A DNA stretch of 64,000 nucleotides from Anaerolineae bacterium (GTDB lineage: Bacteria > Chloroflexota > Anaerolineae > B4-G1 > SLSP01). The stretch spans positions 5,460-69,459 of the forward strand of contig JBNGDO010000003.1 of assembly GCA_049975385.1 (NCBI GenBank), given 5' to 3'. Numbering within the stretch: the stretch's first letter is position 1; the number at the start of each line of letters is the position of its first letter. Both the position numbers and the translations under genes were made by a program. Of the stretch, positions 17,245-27,013 are shown one piece after another. The notes below the pieces were generated by a model. It was not told the DNA's origin. It saw only the letters and a program-made list of their open reading frames with translations, and ran no database searches.

Positions 17245-18951
17245 TCAGGGCGTTAGATATAGTTGAACCTGCCCCCCATAAAAATCGCGCTGCCGGACTA
17301 ATTTCATCTTCGATGCAAGCGTTTGCGGGATTAGTTCCATCGGATCCGTATACCAGTTATGGCTGTACACCAGCCAGACTCTGTCGCGCCCGTTCACCAA
17401 TGAAATTAATCCGGGTATATCGCTCTCTGTCATCTTTGGTTCCAGGATACCGCTATCAAGCATATCTTCGGGAACTCCACGTTTCTCTACCTGGATAGCG
17501 TACAGGTCTTCGTAGGGTTCGAAATAGTAGTCGAACGGGATTTGGACCCAGGCGGCGTTGAAAAGAACCAAATCATCCCTTTCAGCGAAATTGGCGACAT
17601 AACCGGCAGGCGTGCTCCAATCCTCTTTTCGCGAGAACCTGTAATAATCAGCGGCAGAAAACAGATTGATTGTGCTAAAAATCCCCAACGCCACGATAAT
17701 GAGGAAGCGATATCTTAGTTGGACGATACCGCTTGCCAGTACCAGGAGCAACGGAATCGTTATCCAGATCAGGGTTCGATCGTAAAATATGGGCCGGCGG
17801 ATGCTCACGATCAGCTCCCCCAGCAAGGGGACGGCGAACAGGGTGGCGAGAAATAGAAATTGCGACATTTTTTTCCGATAATGCAACAAGCCTAAGCAAA
17901 GCGCCAGTGCGTACAGGATCCAGATCGCCTGCATCTGGCTGGCTTGATCTGACGTAGGCGTGGAAGCATTTAAAAAGGATTTAAGCGCCTGGATAACGGT
18001 GTCCCAACCTGGTTTGGAAAGCCAGAACTCTCGATAGACACCGCTGGCTTGTTTGATAAAGGCAACGATCCACGGACTCCACAGGAGGAAGATGCCAATC
18101 TGAGCCTTCACCCAGTTCCCAAAAGAGGGAGCCTGGAAGACGGGTGGAGATTCCGATTTTTCTATCCTTTGGTAAAGTATCAGGCCAAGAACGAAGATAT
18201 TGGTGGCTAAGGGGAAAAGGATGGCTGTATTATGGGTGAGCATAGTCGCAGCTGAGAAGACGATAAATGCGACCCAGGCCAGGTATGTCTCGATGCTCTG
18301 GATGGGCAACTGACGCACATGTGCGTAGCGCTGGCGGGATATCCAGGCTCTCCATCCGGTTTGATTGCGGGCTTCGACCTTATAGCTGAAATATCTTTCG
18401 GTGTCTGGTTCGACCGGCTTTTTCGTACGCCAGGCCTGTAGATATCGCCGAAATTGGCTGCCGATGGGCCTGACGGAGCGTGGATCCGTAAGCAGCCTGA
18501 CCAGGGCATAAATCGCCGCAGCAGCATTGAACGTCAGGAGCGTATACATGCGCGTTTCCTGGGCAAAGCGGATGTTGAACGGCGAAAGAGCCAGGAGTGC
18601 AGCCGCCGCCAATCCCATTATCGCACTAGACATACGTTTGCCGATCAGATAAATAATCGGGATGGTGCCTGCACCAAATAGGACAGAAAGCAGACGAACA
18701 TAGTAGGGCGTATCTCCTCTGAGTGCTATCCAGTAATGGAGCAGCAGATAGTAAAGGGGAGGATGTTGGTCGAGCTTGACAGTCCATTGCAGCATATCGA
18801 CAACGTTGTGGTCGGCCAGCCACACGCTGAATGTTTCATCCAACCACATCCCATTCTTGTCGAGTAGCAAAACTCGCAACCCGGCACCAACCAATGTGAT
18901 TAAGATTGCCAACCAGGGCGCCAACTCTTCAATATCGATTTCTTCGTTCAT
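17245..18951 (-). CDS. GT-C fold glycosyltransferase, family 39/83-like (PMT/ArnT-type dolichyl- or undecaprenyl-phosphate-sugar transferase).
   Basis: 568-aa polytopic membrane protein. The N-terminal loop motif LLLDKNGMWLDETFSVWLA resembles the PMT/ArnT first extracytoplasmic loop (DE motif). Confidence 0.7.
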   Translation of the reverse strand: MNEEIDIEELAPWLAILITLVGAGLRVLLLDKNGMWLDETFSVWLADHNVVDMLQWTVKLDQHPPLYYLLLHYWIALRGDTPYYVRLLSVLFGAGTIPIIYLIGKRMSSAIMGLAAAALLALSPFNIRFAQETRMYTLLTFNAAAAIYALVRLLTDPRSVRPIGSQFRRYLQAWRTKKPVEPDTERYFSYKVEARNQTGWRAWISRQRYAHVRQLPIQSIETYLAWVAFIVFSAATMLTHNTAILFPLATNIFVLGLILYQRIEKSESPPVFQAPSFGNWVKAQIGIFLLWSPWIVAFIKQASGVYREFWLSKPGWDTVIQALKSFLNASTPTSDQASQMQAIWILYALALCLGLLHYRKKMSQFLFLATLFAVPLLGELIVSIRRPIFYDRTLIWITIPLLLVLASGIVQLRYRFLIIVALGIFSTINLFSAADYYRFSRKEDWSTPAGYVANFAERDDLVLFNAAWVQIPFDYYFEPYEDLYAIQVEKRGVPEDMLDSGILEPKMTESDIPGLISLVNGRDRVWLVYSHNWYTDPMELIPQTLASKMKLVRQRDFYGGQVQLYLTP

Positions 18952-19134
18952 ACTCTCCGGCCATCGTCTCGATCATTGTCTTCAAGAATCCTGCAATTCA
19001 TGATAGAACAAAACCACAAAGCAGCAAGCCTATCGACAAGGTGGAATCACTTGATTGACCGGTAACTGAGCGTGTTGGCTTTTTTCTCGTTCAGTTACCA
19101 AGTGTAAGTGCGTTCCACCTGCTTTGTTGTTGTG

Positions 19135-19164
19135 CGTTGCGTGAATGGCTCTTCGTGGTATAAT
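19135..19164 (+). promoter_or_regulatory. Sigma70-like promoter for tRNA-Ser
   Basis: TTGCGT -35 (19135..19140), 18-nt spacer, TATAAT -10 (19159..19164), 11 nt upstream of the tRNA 5' end. Confidence 0.6.
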
Positions 19165-19175
19165 CCCGGCTGTTT

Positions 19176-19262
19176 GGAGAGGTGCCGGAGTGGCCGATCG
19201 GGGCGGTCTCGAAAACCGTTGTAGTCTTAGGGCTACCGTGGGTTCGAATCCCACCCTCTCCG
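19176..19262 (+). tRNA. tRNA-Ser (anticodon CGA), type II with a long variable arm.
   Basis: Acceptor stem ggagagg/cctctcc. Anticodon stem gcggt/accgt with loop cuCGAaa. Long variable arm, T-arm gggttcgaatccc and discriminator G. CCA is not encoded. The antisense ORF contains the tell-tale GGIRTHG. Confidence 0.85.
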
Positions 19263-19273
19263 CTACACAAGAT

Positions 19274-19308
19274 AAACGGTCTGGTTATCACAACCAGACC
19301 GTTTTAGT
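19274..19308 (+). terminator. Rho-independent terminator after tRNA-Ser
   Basis: 13-bp stem aaacggtctggtt / aaccagaccgttt, loop atcac, followed by T-rich sequence. Confidence 0.7.
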
Positions 19309-19338
19309 TGCCCCTTATGTCTTGTGGGATGGGAATGG

Positions 19339-21975
19339 CTATGGTGCCGCGGTCATACGCAGCGGCAACCGTGTGACGATGCATAGCCCAGGTCTTTCTG
19401 GATCGTCGGTATACGGACTCTTGGCATGGACTGTCCCACCGTGAGCGGCAACGACGGATCTAACCAATGCCAGCCCTAACCCTACACCGCCGTAACGGCG
19501 CTTAGCGCTGCCATCCACCTGGTAAAAACGCTCGAAGATGCGTTCCAATTTGTCTTGCGGAACCCCGATGCCGTTGTCGCATATCGACAGTATCGCTTCG
19601 TGCCCTTGTTGTTCCACGCGGATCCTGATATGGCCGCCCGGTGCGGTGAACTTGAGCGCGTTACTGATGAGGTTATCCAGGAGACGGTGGAACTGTAGTC
19701 GGATGCCGTGAATGAACAACGGGGTGTCGGGTACTTCCGAGTATAATGTCAGCGCTCTCAGGCGCGCTTCATTCTGGAACTCGGTACTCACAGCGCTGAC
19801 GAGATGGGTCAAATCAATCGATTCTACTGATGGCTTTTCCGTCTTGGTATTCTCCATTTGCCATTGCAAGGTGATGTTTTCCACAAGCTCACTTAGCATA
19901 GTGCTGCGCCTTGCAATGATGTCGATGGCCTCAGTCTGCAGTGCCTCAACCGGACCGAGTGATCCATCGCGCAGCATTTCGGCATATCCCATCACCAACG
20001 CGATCGGCGTGCGCAGTTCGTGCGAGATGTTCTGTAGCATCTCGTCTTTCATCCGATCCAGTTCTTCCTGACGCTTCAGTGCTTCCTCCAATACCTGAGC
20101 TTGATGTGCGGTCGCTTCGTAGAAACGGGCGTTCTGCAGGGCCAGGGCAATGGGCACGCGCAATGTTTTAAGCAATTGCTGATCTTCTGCTTTGTGGAGT
20201 GTGTTTTCTTTTCCGGCCAGCGAAAGAATGCCAATCAATTCGTCGCGTATTTTGAGTGGGATATCCAGCGTAAATCCATCGTCAACTTCGCGTTGGGAGG
20301 CCACCCAACGGACCAGGGTTTGTTCTGTGTTTTCAGCGCTAAGACCGTAAACCGTTCTGACGGGTTGCGTAATACCTTGTTCGGAAATAGCAGTGAGTGT
20401 GTGTTCGTCTTTGTCCCACAGATGAATGATCCCGCGTCGGATATTGAGCGCGCTTTTGATGTGAGCCAGCGCGCGTCTGGCCACCTCCTTCAATTCGAGC
20501 GTCTCCGCGAGTGTTTGCGAGAGGGTGTTCAGAATTGTTAAGTGTTGGCGCTCCGCTTCCAGGGATTCGATCAGGCGCAGATGCTCTATTGTTGCAGCGA
20601 CATAATCCGCAAAGAGTTGTAGGTGTTCCGCATCCGCGGCAGTGAATTGACCGGAGCGACTGCCATCGGCGTTGAGGAAACCGATTACCTCATCACGGAC
20701 GATGAGTGGTGTCCCTACGTAGGCACGAATGTTTTGGGTTCCTTCGACGGGGTTCCAGAGCGAAGAACTGCCGGTATCCACAATCAGAAGGGGACAGCGA
20801 TTCGTTGCCATGTATTTGTAGGTTGATAGCGCTTCGGGAAGTACGCTGGTCTTTGTGACGGCGCTTGGGTCGATGTTCAAGTGCTGGTAACCTGTTGCAG
20901 CGGCCATCTCGAGGTGGTTGTCTTTCACGAGAAAGATGTTAGCGGCGTCGCCTGGCACGATGCTCGACGTTTTCTCAACCGCCAGTTGAATTGCCTCGCG
21001 TGGTGTGCGCGCGCGCGACAACGCCAGCCCTGCTTCTGAAAGCGCTTCTAGCTGCCGGCGGGATAACTCACGCATTGTAACATCCATAACGCTGGCGATC
21101 AGCGCCGGGCGCCGGGCATGCATCGCATAAGAGCCGTAGGCCTCTACGTCAAAGATGCCACCATCTTTGCGGATGCCCTTAAAGTTGAAGCGAACTGCTT
21201 GCATTTTTCCTTGGAGGCAGGCATTGACATTTTCCTCAACCTCTGCCCGGTTTTCTGGTGCGGTCAGATCGAGTGGGCTGAGTCTTTCAATAATCTCGGC
21301 TGGGCTTTCATATCCAAACATGTGCGTTGCTGCCGGGTTGACATACCGTACGAGATCGGCTTGGATAAGCACGATGCCGATAAGGGCATGTTCTGAAAGG
21401 CGGCGGAAACGCTCTTCGGATGTGCGCAAGGCTTCCTCGGCCTCTGCGCGCCGCGACTCGGCTTCCATGCTCTCCAGTGCGAAACTGGCATCGGCGGCGA
21501 TTTCTTTCAGAAGCTGTATTTCAGAGGCGTCGAAGGCGTTGCGCTCGGTCGTGCTAACATTCAGGATCGCATCGATTGTTTCGTTAACGCGAATGGGCAC
21601 AGCGGCGGTTGTCCATGCCGCCGATGCCATTTGCGAGCGCGATTCGCGCCCGTGCGATTCCGGCTTTTGCTCGATGACAGTTCTGCCTTCATTAAGGGCC
21701 CGTTTGGCGACGGTCAGGTTGTAGGGGGCTTGTGCGATGTGCGTGTCAAGTTGATCGTAGTGTGCTGAAGGACCAGCTGCGCTGACAGCCGGATACAAGT
21801 TACCACTACGTAGTTCTCCAATCCAGACGGCTTTGTAACCACACTCCTGGGCCAGGACGTTGCACACTTCTTGCAGTAGTTGTCGGCGATCTCGGCGAAT
21901 GTACAGGATCGCCTGGTTGATACGTTTGGTTGCGCGCAGCGACTGGTTGAGGCGTTCGAGATGGTCTTTTCGCAT
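19339..21975 (-). CDS. Multisensor histidine kinase (GAF and PAS domains, HisKA, HATPase_c).
   Basis: 878-aa ORF. H-box ISHELRTPIALVMGY. C-terminal ATPase region GGVGLGLALVRSVVAAHGG. Confidence 0.85.
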   Translation of the reverse strand: MRKDHLERLNQSLRATKRINQAILYIRRDRRQLLQEVCNVLAQECGYKAVWIGELRSGNLYPAVSAAGPSAHYDQLDTHIAQAPYNLTVAKRALNEGRTVIEQKPESHGRESRSQMASAAWTTAAVPIRVNETIDAILNVSTTERNAFDASEIQLLKEIAADASFALESMEAESRRAEAEEALRTSEERFRRLSEHALIGIVLIQADLVRYVNPAATHMFGYESPAEIIERLSPLDLTAPENRAEVEENVNACLQGKMQAVRFNFKGIRKDGGIFDVEAYGSYAMHARRPALIASVMDVTMRELSRRQLEALSEAGLALSRARTPREAIQLAVEKTSSIVPGDAANIFLVKDNHLEMAAATGYQHLNIDPSAVTKTSVLPEALSTYKYMATNRCPLLIVDTGSSSLWNPVEGTQNIRAYVGTPLIVRDEVIGFLNADGSRSGQFTAADAEHLQLFADYVAATIEHLRLIESLEAERQHLTILNTLSQTLAETLELKEVARRALAHIKSALNIRRGIIHLWDKDEHTLTAISEQGITQPVRTVYGLSAENTEQTLVRWVASQREVDDGFTLDIPLKIRDELIGILSLAGKENTLHKAEDQQLLKTLRVPIALALQNARFYEATAHQAQVLEEALKRQEELDRMKDEMLQNISHELRTPIALVMGYAEMLRDGSLGPVEALQTEAIDIIARRSTMLSELVENITLQWQMENTKTEKPSVESIDLTHLVSAVSTEFQNEARLRALTLYSEVPDTPLFIHGIRLQFHRLLDNLISNALKFTAPGGHIRIRVEQQGHEAILSICDNGIGVPQDKLERIFERFYQVDGSAKRRYGGVGLGLALVRSVVAAHGGTVHAKSPYTDDPERPGLCIVTRLPLRMTAAP

Positions 21976-21986
21976 GCACGCGTCTC

Positions 21987-23405
21987 TTACCGGCCCTGAA
22001 CTAACTGTCGCGCGATGGCGTTGTGTCGCTCTACCGTAGTGGGGACATCGATGGTGAGCAAGCGCCCATCCTGGATCACGACGCGCCCGTTGATGACCGA
22101 CAGATCGGTGTATTGCGGGTGGCAGAAGACGGTTGCTGCCAGGGAATCGTGGACCGCGCCGCCGGCGTACCCGAGTGTGTCCAGACGCAGTCCGATGAAG
22201 TCGGCGGCCTTGCCGGGTGCGAGCTGCCCGATGTCGTCTCGTCCCAGAACGTCGGCCCCACCACGTGTCCCGATCCAGAGCGCTTCTTCTGCGCTGAGGC
22301 CGGCAGGATTACCCCCCCTTTTCTTCCCCTCCACCAGGGGGGAGAGGGAGGAGGGGCAAACGCGTTGCAACAGCATGGCCAGGCGCGCCTCTGCCAGCAG
22401 GTGCGAGCTATCGTTGCTCGCTGATCCATCGACACCCAGGCCGACAGGGACGCCTGCATCCAGGTAGGCGCGTACGGGGGCGATGCCGGAGCCCAGCCGC
22501 ATATTGCTCGCCGGGCAGTGCGCCACGCCGGTATGCGTGTGAGCCATTTCGTTAATCTCCTCCGCGTCGACGTGAACGCCATGAGCGAACCACACGTCGT
22601 CGCCAAGCCAATCCAGTGATTCGGCGTAGCCTACGGGCCGCTTGCCGGAGGTTGCCAGGCAGAATTCTTCTTCATCGAGTGTTTCTGCCAGGTGGGTGTG
22701 TAACTGCACACCGTAGGTACGCGCCAGACGCGCAGATTCGCGCATCAAGTCCTCGGTGACAGAGAACGGCGAGCAGGGCGCCACAGCGATCCGCAGCATC
22801 GCATAGGGTTGCGCGTCGTGGTAGGTTTCGATGACGCGTTGCGTGTCCTTGAGAATAAAGGCTTCATCTTCGACGACGCGATCCGGTGGCAGTCCGCCCT
22901 GGCTTTCGCCCAGGCTCATCGAGCCGCGGGTGGCGTGAAAGCGGATGCCGATTTCCTGCGCGGCGCGGATTTCGTCGTCCAGGCGCGCGTCGTTGGGGAA
23001 GATGTATAGGTGGTCAGACGTGGTGGTGCAGCCGGAAAGCATCAACTCCGCCAGCCCGGTCAGCGCGCTGGCGTAGATAGCTTCGCCGTTCAGTCCGGCC
23101 CAGATCGGGTACAGTGTGGTTAGCCATCCGAACAATCCCACATCCTGCGCGGCAGGGATGGCGCGCGTGAGCGTCTGGTAGAGGTGGTGGTGCGTGTTGA
23201 CCAAGCCTGGGAGAATGACCATGCCCGATGCGTCGATGACGCGATCGGCGGTGTGGTGCGCGAGTTCGGCGGTCGTCCCCACGGCTTCAATGACACCGCG
23301 TCCCTCGGCATTGTTATGCACAAGTAAACCACCGTTGGTGATGCGGCGGCGCTCATCATCCATCGTGATCAGCAGTGTGGCGTTTTTAAGCAAAAGTGTG
23401 CTCAT
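21987..23405 (-). CDS. Metal-dependent amidohydrolase of the ATZ/TRZ guanine or 8-oxoguanine deaminase-like family.
   Basis: 472-aa ORF. N-terminal HxH (LVNTHHHLYQT), HTHLAET, the later HGVH and a metal-ligand Asp region. Contains an unusual in-frame low-complexity insertion (see findings). Confidence 0.75.
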   Translation of the reverse strand: MSTLLLKNATLLITMDDERRRITNGGLLVHNNAEGRGVIEAVGTTAELAHHTADRVIDASGMVILPGLVNTHHHLYQTLTRAIPAAQDVGLFGWLTTLYPIWAGLNGEAIYASALTGLAELMLSGCTTTSDHLYIFPNDARLDDEIRAAQEIGIRFHATRGSMSLGESQGGLPPDRVVEDEAFILKDTQRVIETYHDAQPYAMLRIAVAPCSPFSVTEDLMRESARLARTYGVQLHTHLAETLDEEEFCLATSGKRPVGYAESLDWLGDDVWFAHGVHVDAEEINEMAHTHTGVAHCPASNMRLGSGIAPVRAYLDAGVPVGLGVDGSASNDSSHLLAEARLAMLLQRVCPSSLSPLVEGKKRGGNPAGLSAEEALWIGTRGGADVLGRDDIGQLAPGKAADFIGLRLDTLGYAGGAVHDSLAATVFCHPQYTDLSVINGRVVIQDGRLLTIDVPTTVERHNAIARQLVQGR

Positions 23406-23587
23406 ATGTCCCCCCGTGAGATTGCCCAGAGGCGTATTTTTATACCATAGTTTAACACAACGGCAACAGAGAGCAACTGTTTGATTGCCCCCTCAGACTG
23501 GGGTTGTTTTGTCTTTCAACCGTGTTACACTCGGTATTGTGTTGTAGAGTTGGAATGATAGGAAGTTTTTGGGGAGGCTGATGTGCT

Positions 23588-26500
23588 ATGGTGGGATTGT
23601 CGAAATGGCTTAGAAGCGCTAGTAGCCTTGGAAGCATAGGCATCTTAGTGTTATTGTTGGGATTGTCGACCGGGCAAACGGTGGCGATTGATCCGCCGCC
23701 GGACGTGACTGATCAGGTGCAGACTTTGCTGGCGGAAGCCGACCTTCCCTGGGCTGTGCACGATGTCAGTTTTTCCGCTCAGACGCTCGCGGTCTGTCTC
23801 GACGTTCCATTGGAGACGCTATGCACGGACGACGGCTTGGGTGCCGAGACGGTGCAGGCTGCTGTGCAAAGGGCGCTCGTGCCCCTGGATTGGCGCGTGT
23901 TGCACGTGCAGGCGCGCGACCAGGAAACCGGCGCGTGCCGGGCACTCTCGAGTTTCCTGCACCGTGCTGTAACTCACGTGTCCGCGTCGACACGAATTCC
24001 CGCCGTCGACAGCGCTGCTACGCGTCCTGCGTTTTCGTTTTCGCGTAGCCTGGTAGGGAAGACGATCTACGTTAGTGCGGGCCACGGCTGGCAGTGGAGT
24101 TACGGGTCGGAAGCGTGGCGCCCGCAGCGCGGCGTCAACGAGGGGATCATCGAGGATCACAATAACGCTGAAGCCGTCGGGCAATACCTGATCCCCTACC
24201 TCGAGAGCGCCGGTGCGACGGTCATCCCGGTGCGCGAGCGAGATTGGAACACAGCACGTGTCATCGTGGACAATGACCAGGGCGCGCCTGGCTATGTCGA
24301 GACGGGGGTGTGGGTTACTTCGGTACTGACCGGTTACGCTGGCGGGACGTATCGTTTTGCCTCTACGGTAGCGGGCACGCCCACGGCGACGGCCTCCTGG
24401 CAGATCGCCGTCCCGCAGCAGGGGACTTACGCGCTTTACGCGTGGGTCTATCCCGGCTGGAACCGCGCCCCCGACGCGCGCTACACCGTATCCCATGCCG
24501 GTGGTACGAAGCACGTGTGGCTCGACCAGCGTATCCGGCAGCAGACGTGGCGTTATCTGGGCACGTTCCCCTTCTACGCGGGCACGGCGACGGTAACGCT
24601 GGACAACGCTTCGGCGGGTGGCAGCGGCGCCGTCGTCATCGCCGACGCGCTACGCCTGGGCGGTGGTAGTTTCGACAGCCTGGACGGTATCGTGACCGAC
24701 GCAACGTTCCCGCCGCAGCGTCCCTGGTGGGAGACGGCGACCTTCTACTACAGCCAGTGGATGGGGTTGAATTACGATGATTGGGAAGGTTTCAACGATG
24801 TAACCGCGCGCCCGATGTTCGCGCGTTGGAATCACGCGGGGAGTGGGGAGGATGCGCTCTACATCTCGTGGCATACCAACGGCTACACTGGCACGACGCG
24901 GGGTACAGAGTCCTATATCCACAACGGGGACACCTATTCGCGCACGCTTGGCAGCCCGGAATTGCAAACTGCCGTCCATACAGAACTGCTCCACGACATT
25001 CGTGTAGGGTGGGATGCTGCGTGGGTGGATCGCGGGCAGCGCCAGGCGGACCTGGGCGAGTTACGGATGCTGTGGGATGACGATCCCGCGACGCGGATGC
25101 CCGGCGTTCTTCTGGAGATCGCCTTCCACGATAACCCGGAGGACGCGCAGGCGCTCAAGGACCCGCGTTTCAACCAGTTGGCGGCGCGGGCCGTCTATCA
25201 AGGGATTGTGCGCTATTTCGAGCAGCGGGACGCCGTGGATTTGATTACATTGCCGGAGCCGCCGACGCATCTGCGCGTGCAAAACCTCGGCGGCGGTGCG
25301 GTGCGTGTGGCGTGGCAGCCCTCACCCACGGATGGCGCGGGGCTGCGCGGCGAGGCCGCGACTGGCTACCGCATCTACACCAGCCCCGACGGGTTCGCCT
25401 GGGGGGCGCCGGTTGCGGTTGCCGGAACGGCGCACACGCTGACCGGGCTGGCGGTGGGGCAAACGCTCTACGTCCGCGTGACAGCGACCAACGACGGTGG
25501 CGAATCCTTGCCCACAGAGGTCCTGGGCGCGCGTGTGGGCGACCATCCGCTCGTGTTGATCGTCAATGGCTTCGACCGGCTCCACGCCGACGAAATCGTC
25601 ATCCAGTACGATCCGGTGGAGGGGCCGAACGCGCGCCTGTGGGTCGACCAGATGAATAGCCAGGATTACGTGGTGCATCACGGCGAGGCCGTGCCTGCGA
25701 TTTATGCCTGGGATAGTTCCAGCAACGAGGCGGTGCGCGACGGTCTGGTCTCATTGCAGGACACGCTACTCGTCGATTGGCTGCTTGGCGAGGAGGCAAC
25801 ACTGGAAGATGGCACGTTGGATGCTGCTGAACGCGCCGCGCTGTTGGCGTTCCTCAACAGTGGGCGCGCGCTGCTCATCAGCGGATCGTATCTGGCCTGG
25901 GATCTCGACGGCATGGGGCGAGCACCTACCTTTATGCACAACGTATTGCGTGCCGGGTATGTCGTCAGTGACGCTGAAACATCTACTTTCCAATCGGTAG
26001 TTGACGGCGCGTTTGACGGTTTGGGAGCATTCACGTTCGATGCGCCAGACGTCTACCTCGTCGATGCGCCGGACGCGCTCACACCGCTGAATGGCGCGAC
26101 TGCGGCGTTAAGTTATGCCGGCGGGGTGGGGGGAACGGCGGCAATCCAGTATGTTGACGGTTGCCAGCGATTGCTTGTCCTCGGATTTCCACTCGAAGCT
26201 GTGCCGCAGCCGTCACGCGGCGCGTTGATGACGCACACGCTGGATTACCTCTCCGCCTGCCTGATGCCCGATACGACGATCGCGACACCTCAAGCAAGCG
26301 GCGCCTACAGTGTGACGCCCGCCTTTACCGGTTCAGCGTTTGCGTGGGGGTTGACGGGTGTGTCGGTGCAGGTACAGCGGGGTGACGCCGAAGACGCTTT
26401 CTGGACTGGCACAAGTTGGGGCGTGCCGACGTGGCTGACGGCGACGGGAACGTCGTCGTGGAGCTACCCGCTCCCCACGCTTACGGAAGAGGGCGACTAT

Positions 26501-26917
26501 ACTGTAACGGCGCGCGCCGAAAGTATACGCGAGGGTAGTGCGTGGCTCGACCCCACACCTGCTCAGGTAACCTTCACATACGATGTCACGCCGCCACTCA
26601 CGCCGACGCTGATCACGCCTACGGGTGGTGTCTTTCTGCGGATGCCCTTACTCGTCTTCCAGTGGACTGCGCCTGAGGACGACGGTTCGGCGTTAGCCTA
26701 CCGGCTGGAAATTGTCGCTCACGCAGGCGCTGCCGTGCGCGTCTACGATGTGCCCACAACGACGTACGCGGCGACGTTGCCTACCGGCGTTTACACCTGG
26801 CGCGTGCGGGCGATCGATGCAGCAGGCAATGCCGGCCCGTGGAGCGATGTTGCCCTCTTCGAGGTGGAGGTGGAGCAGATTTTTCTGCCATCGGTGATGC
26901 GTCAATACGAAAAGTAA
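23588..26917 (+). CDS. Large secreted protein (1109 aa) with an N-acetylmuramoyl-L-alanine amidase (Amidase_3)-like domain, a fibronectin type III domain and C-terminal beta-rich domains.
   Basis: Signal peptide MVGLSKWLRSASSLGSIGILVLLLGLSTGQTVA with RBS GGGAGG. Amidase_3-like motifs YVSAGHGW and ISWHTNGY...ESYIHNG. The FN3 stretch begins PTHLRVQNLGGGAVRVAWQPSP. Confidence 0.6.
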   Translation: MVGLSKWLRSASSLGSIGILVLLLGLSTGQTVAIDPPPDVTDQVQTLLAEADLPWAVHDVSFSAQTLAVCLDVPLETLCTDDGLGAETVQAAVQRALVPLDWRVLHVQARDQETGACRALSSFLHRAVTHVSASTRIPAVDSAATRPAFSFSRSLVGKTIYVSAGHGWQWSYGSEAWRPQRGVNEGIIEDHNNAEAVGQYLIPYLESAGATVIPVRERDWNTARVIVDNDQGAPGYVETGVWVTSVLTGYAGGTYRFASTVAGTPTATASWQIAVPQQGTYALYAWVYPGWNRAPDARYTVSHAGGTKHVWLDQRIRQQTWRYLGTFPFYAGTATVTLDNASAGGSGAVVIADALRLGGGSFDSLDGIVTDATFPPQRPWWETATFYYSQWMGLNYDDWEGFNDVTARPMFARWNHAGSGEDALYISWHTNGYTGTTRGTESYIHNGDTYSRTLGSPELQTAVHTELLHDIRVGWDAAWVDRGQRQADLGELRMLWDDDPATRMPGVLLEIAFHDNPEDAQALKDPRFNQLAARAVYQGIVRYFEQRDAVDLITLPEPPTHLRVQNLGGGAVRVAWQPSPTDGAGLRGEAATGYRIYTSPDGFAWGAPVAVAGTAHTLTGLAVGQTLYVRVTATNDGGESLPTEVLGARVGDHPLVLIVNGFDRLHADEIVIQYDPVEGPNARLWVDQMNSQDYVVHHGEAVPAIYAWDSSSNEAVRDGLVSLQDTLLVDWLLGEEATLEDGTLDAAERAALLAFLNSGRALLISGSYLAWDLDGMGRAPTFMHNVLRAGYVVSDAETSTFQSVVDGAFDGLGAFTFDAPDVYLVDAPDALTPLNGATAALSYAGGVGGTAAIQYVDGCQRLLVLGFPLEAVPQPSRGALMTHTLDYLSACLMPDTTIATPQASGAYSVTPAFTGSAFAWGLTGVSVQVQRGDAEDAFWTGTSWGVPTWLTATGTSSWSYPLPTLTEEGDYTVTARAESIREGSAWLDPTPAQVTFTYDVTPPLTPTLITPTGGVFLRMPLLVFQWTAPEDDGSALAYRLEIVAHAGAAVRVYDVPTTTYAATLPTGVYTWRVRAIDAAGNAGPWSDVALFEVEVEQIFLPSVMRQYEK

Positions 26918-26962
26918 CCCCTCTCACAAGCTTGCGGCACACTGGCAAGCCCGTGAGAGGGG
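26918..26962. terminator. Bidirectional hairpin terminator between convergent genes.
   Basis: Perfect 10-bp stem cccctctcac / gtgagagggg. The loop itself carries a cttgc/gcaag sub-hairpin. It sits directly after the stop at 26915..26917. Confidence 0.7.
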
Positions 26963-27013
26963 CGCGAGGAGGAACTATGCACACATAAGTGGGCATGAGT
27001 TAACAACCATTTT

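Noticed and set aside
19030-19291. Two minus-strand ORFs containing GGIRTHG.
   Set aside because: The signature translation of an antisense tRNA (GGGATTCGAACCC). The real feature is the plus-strand tRNA-Ser.
16560-19340. Genomic island or mobile element at tRNA-Ser and the AT-rich relic.
   Set aside because: No integrase, transposase or direct repeats of the tRNA 3' end were found. Only a short degraded ORF differs in composition.
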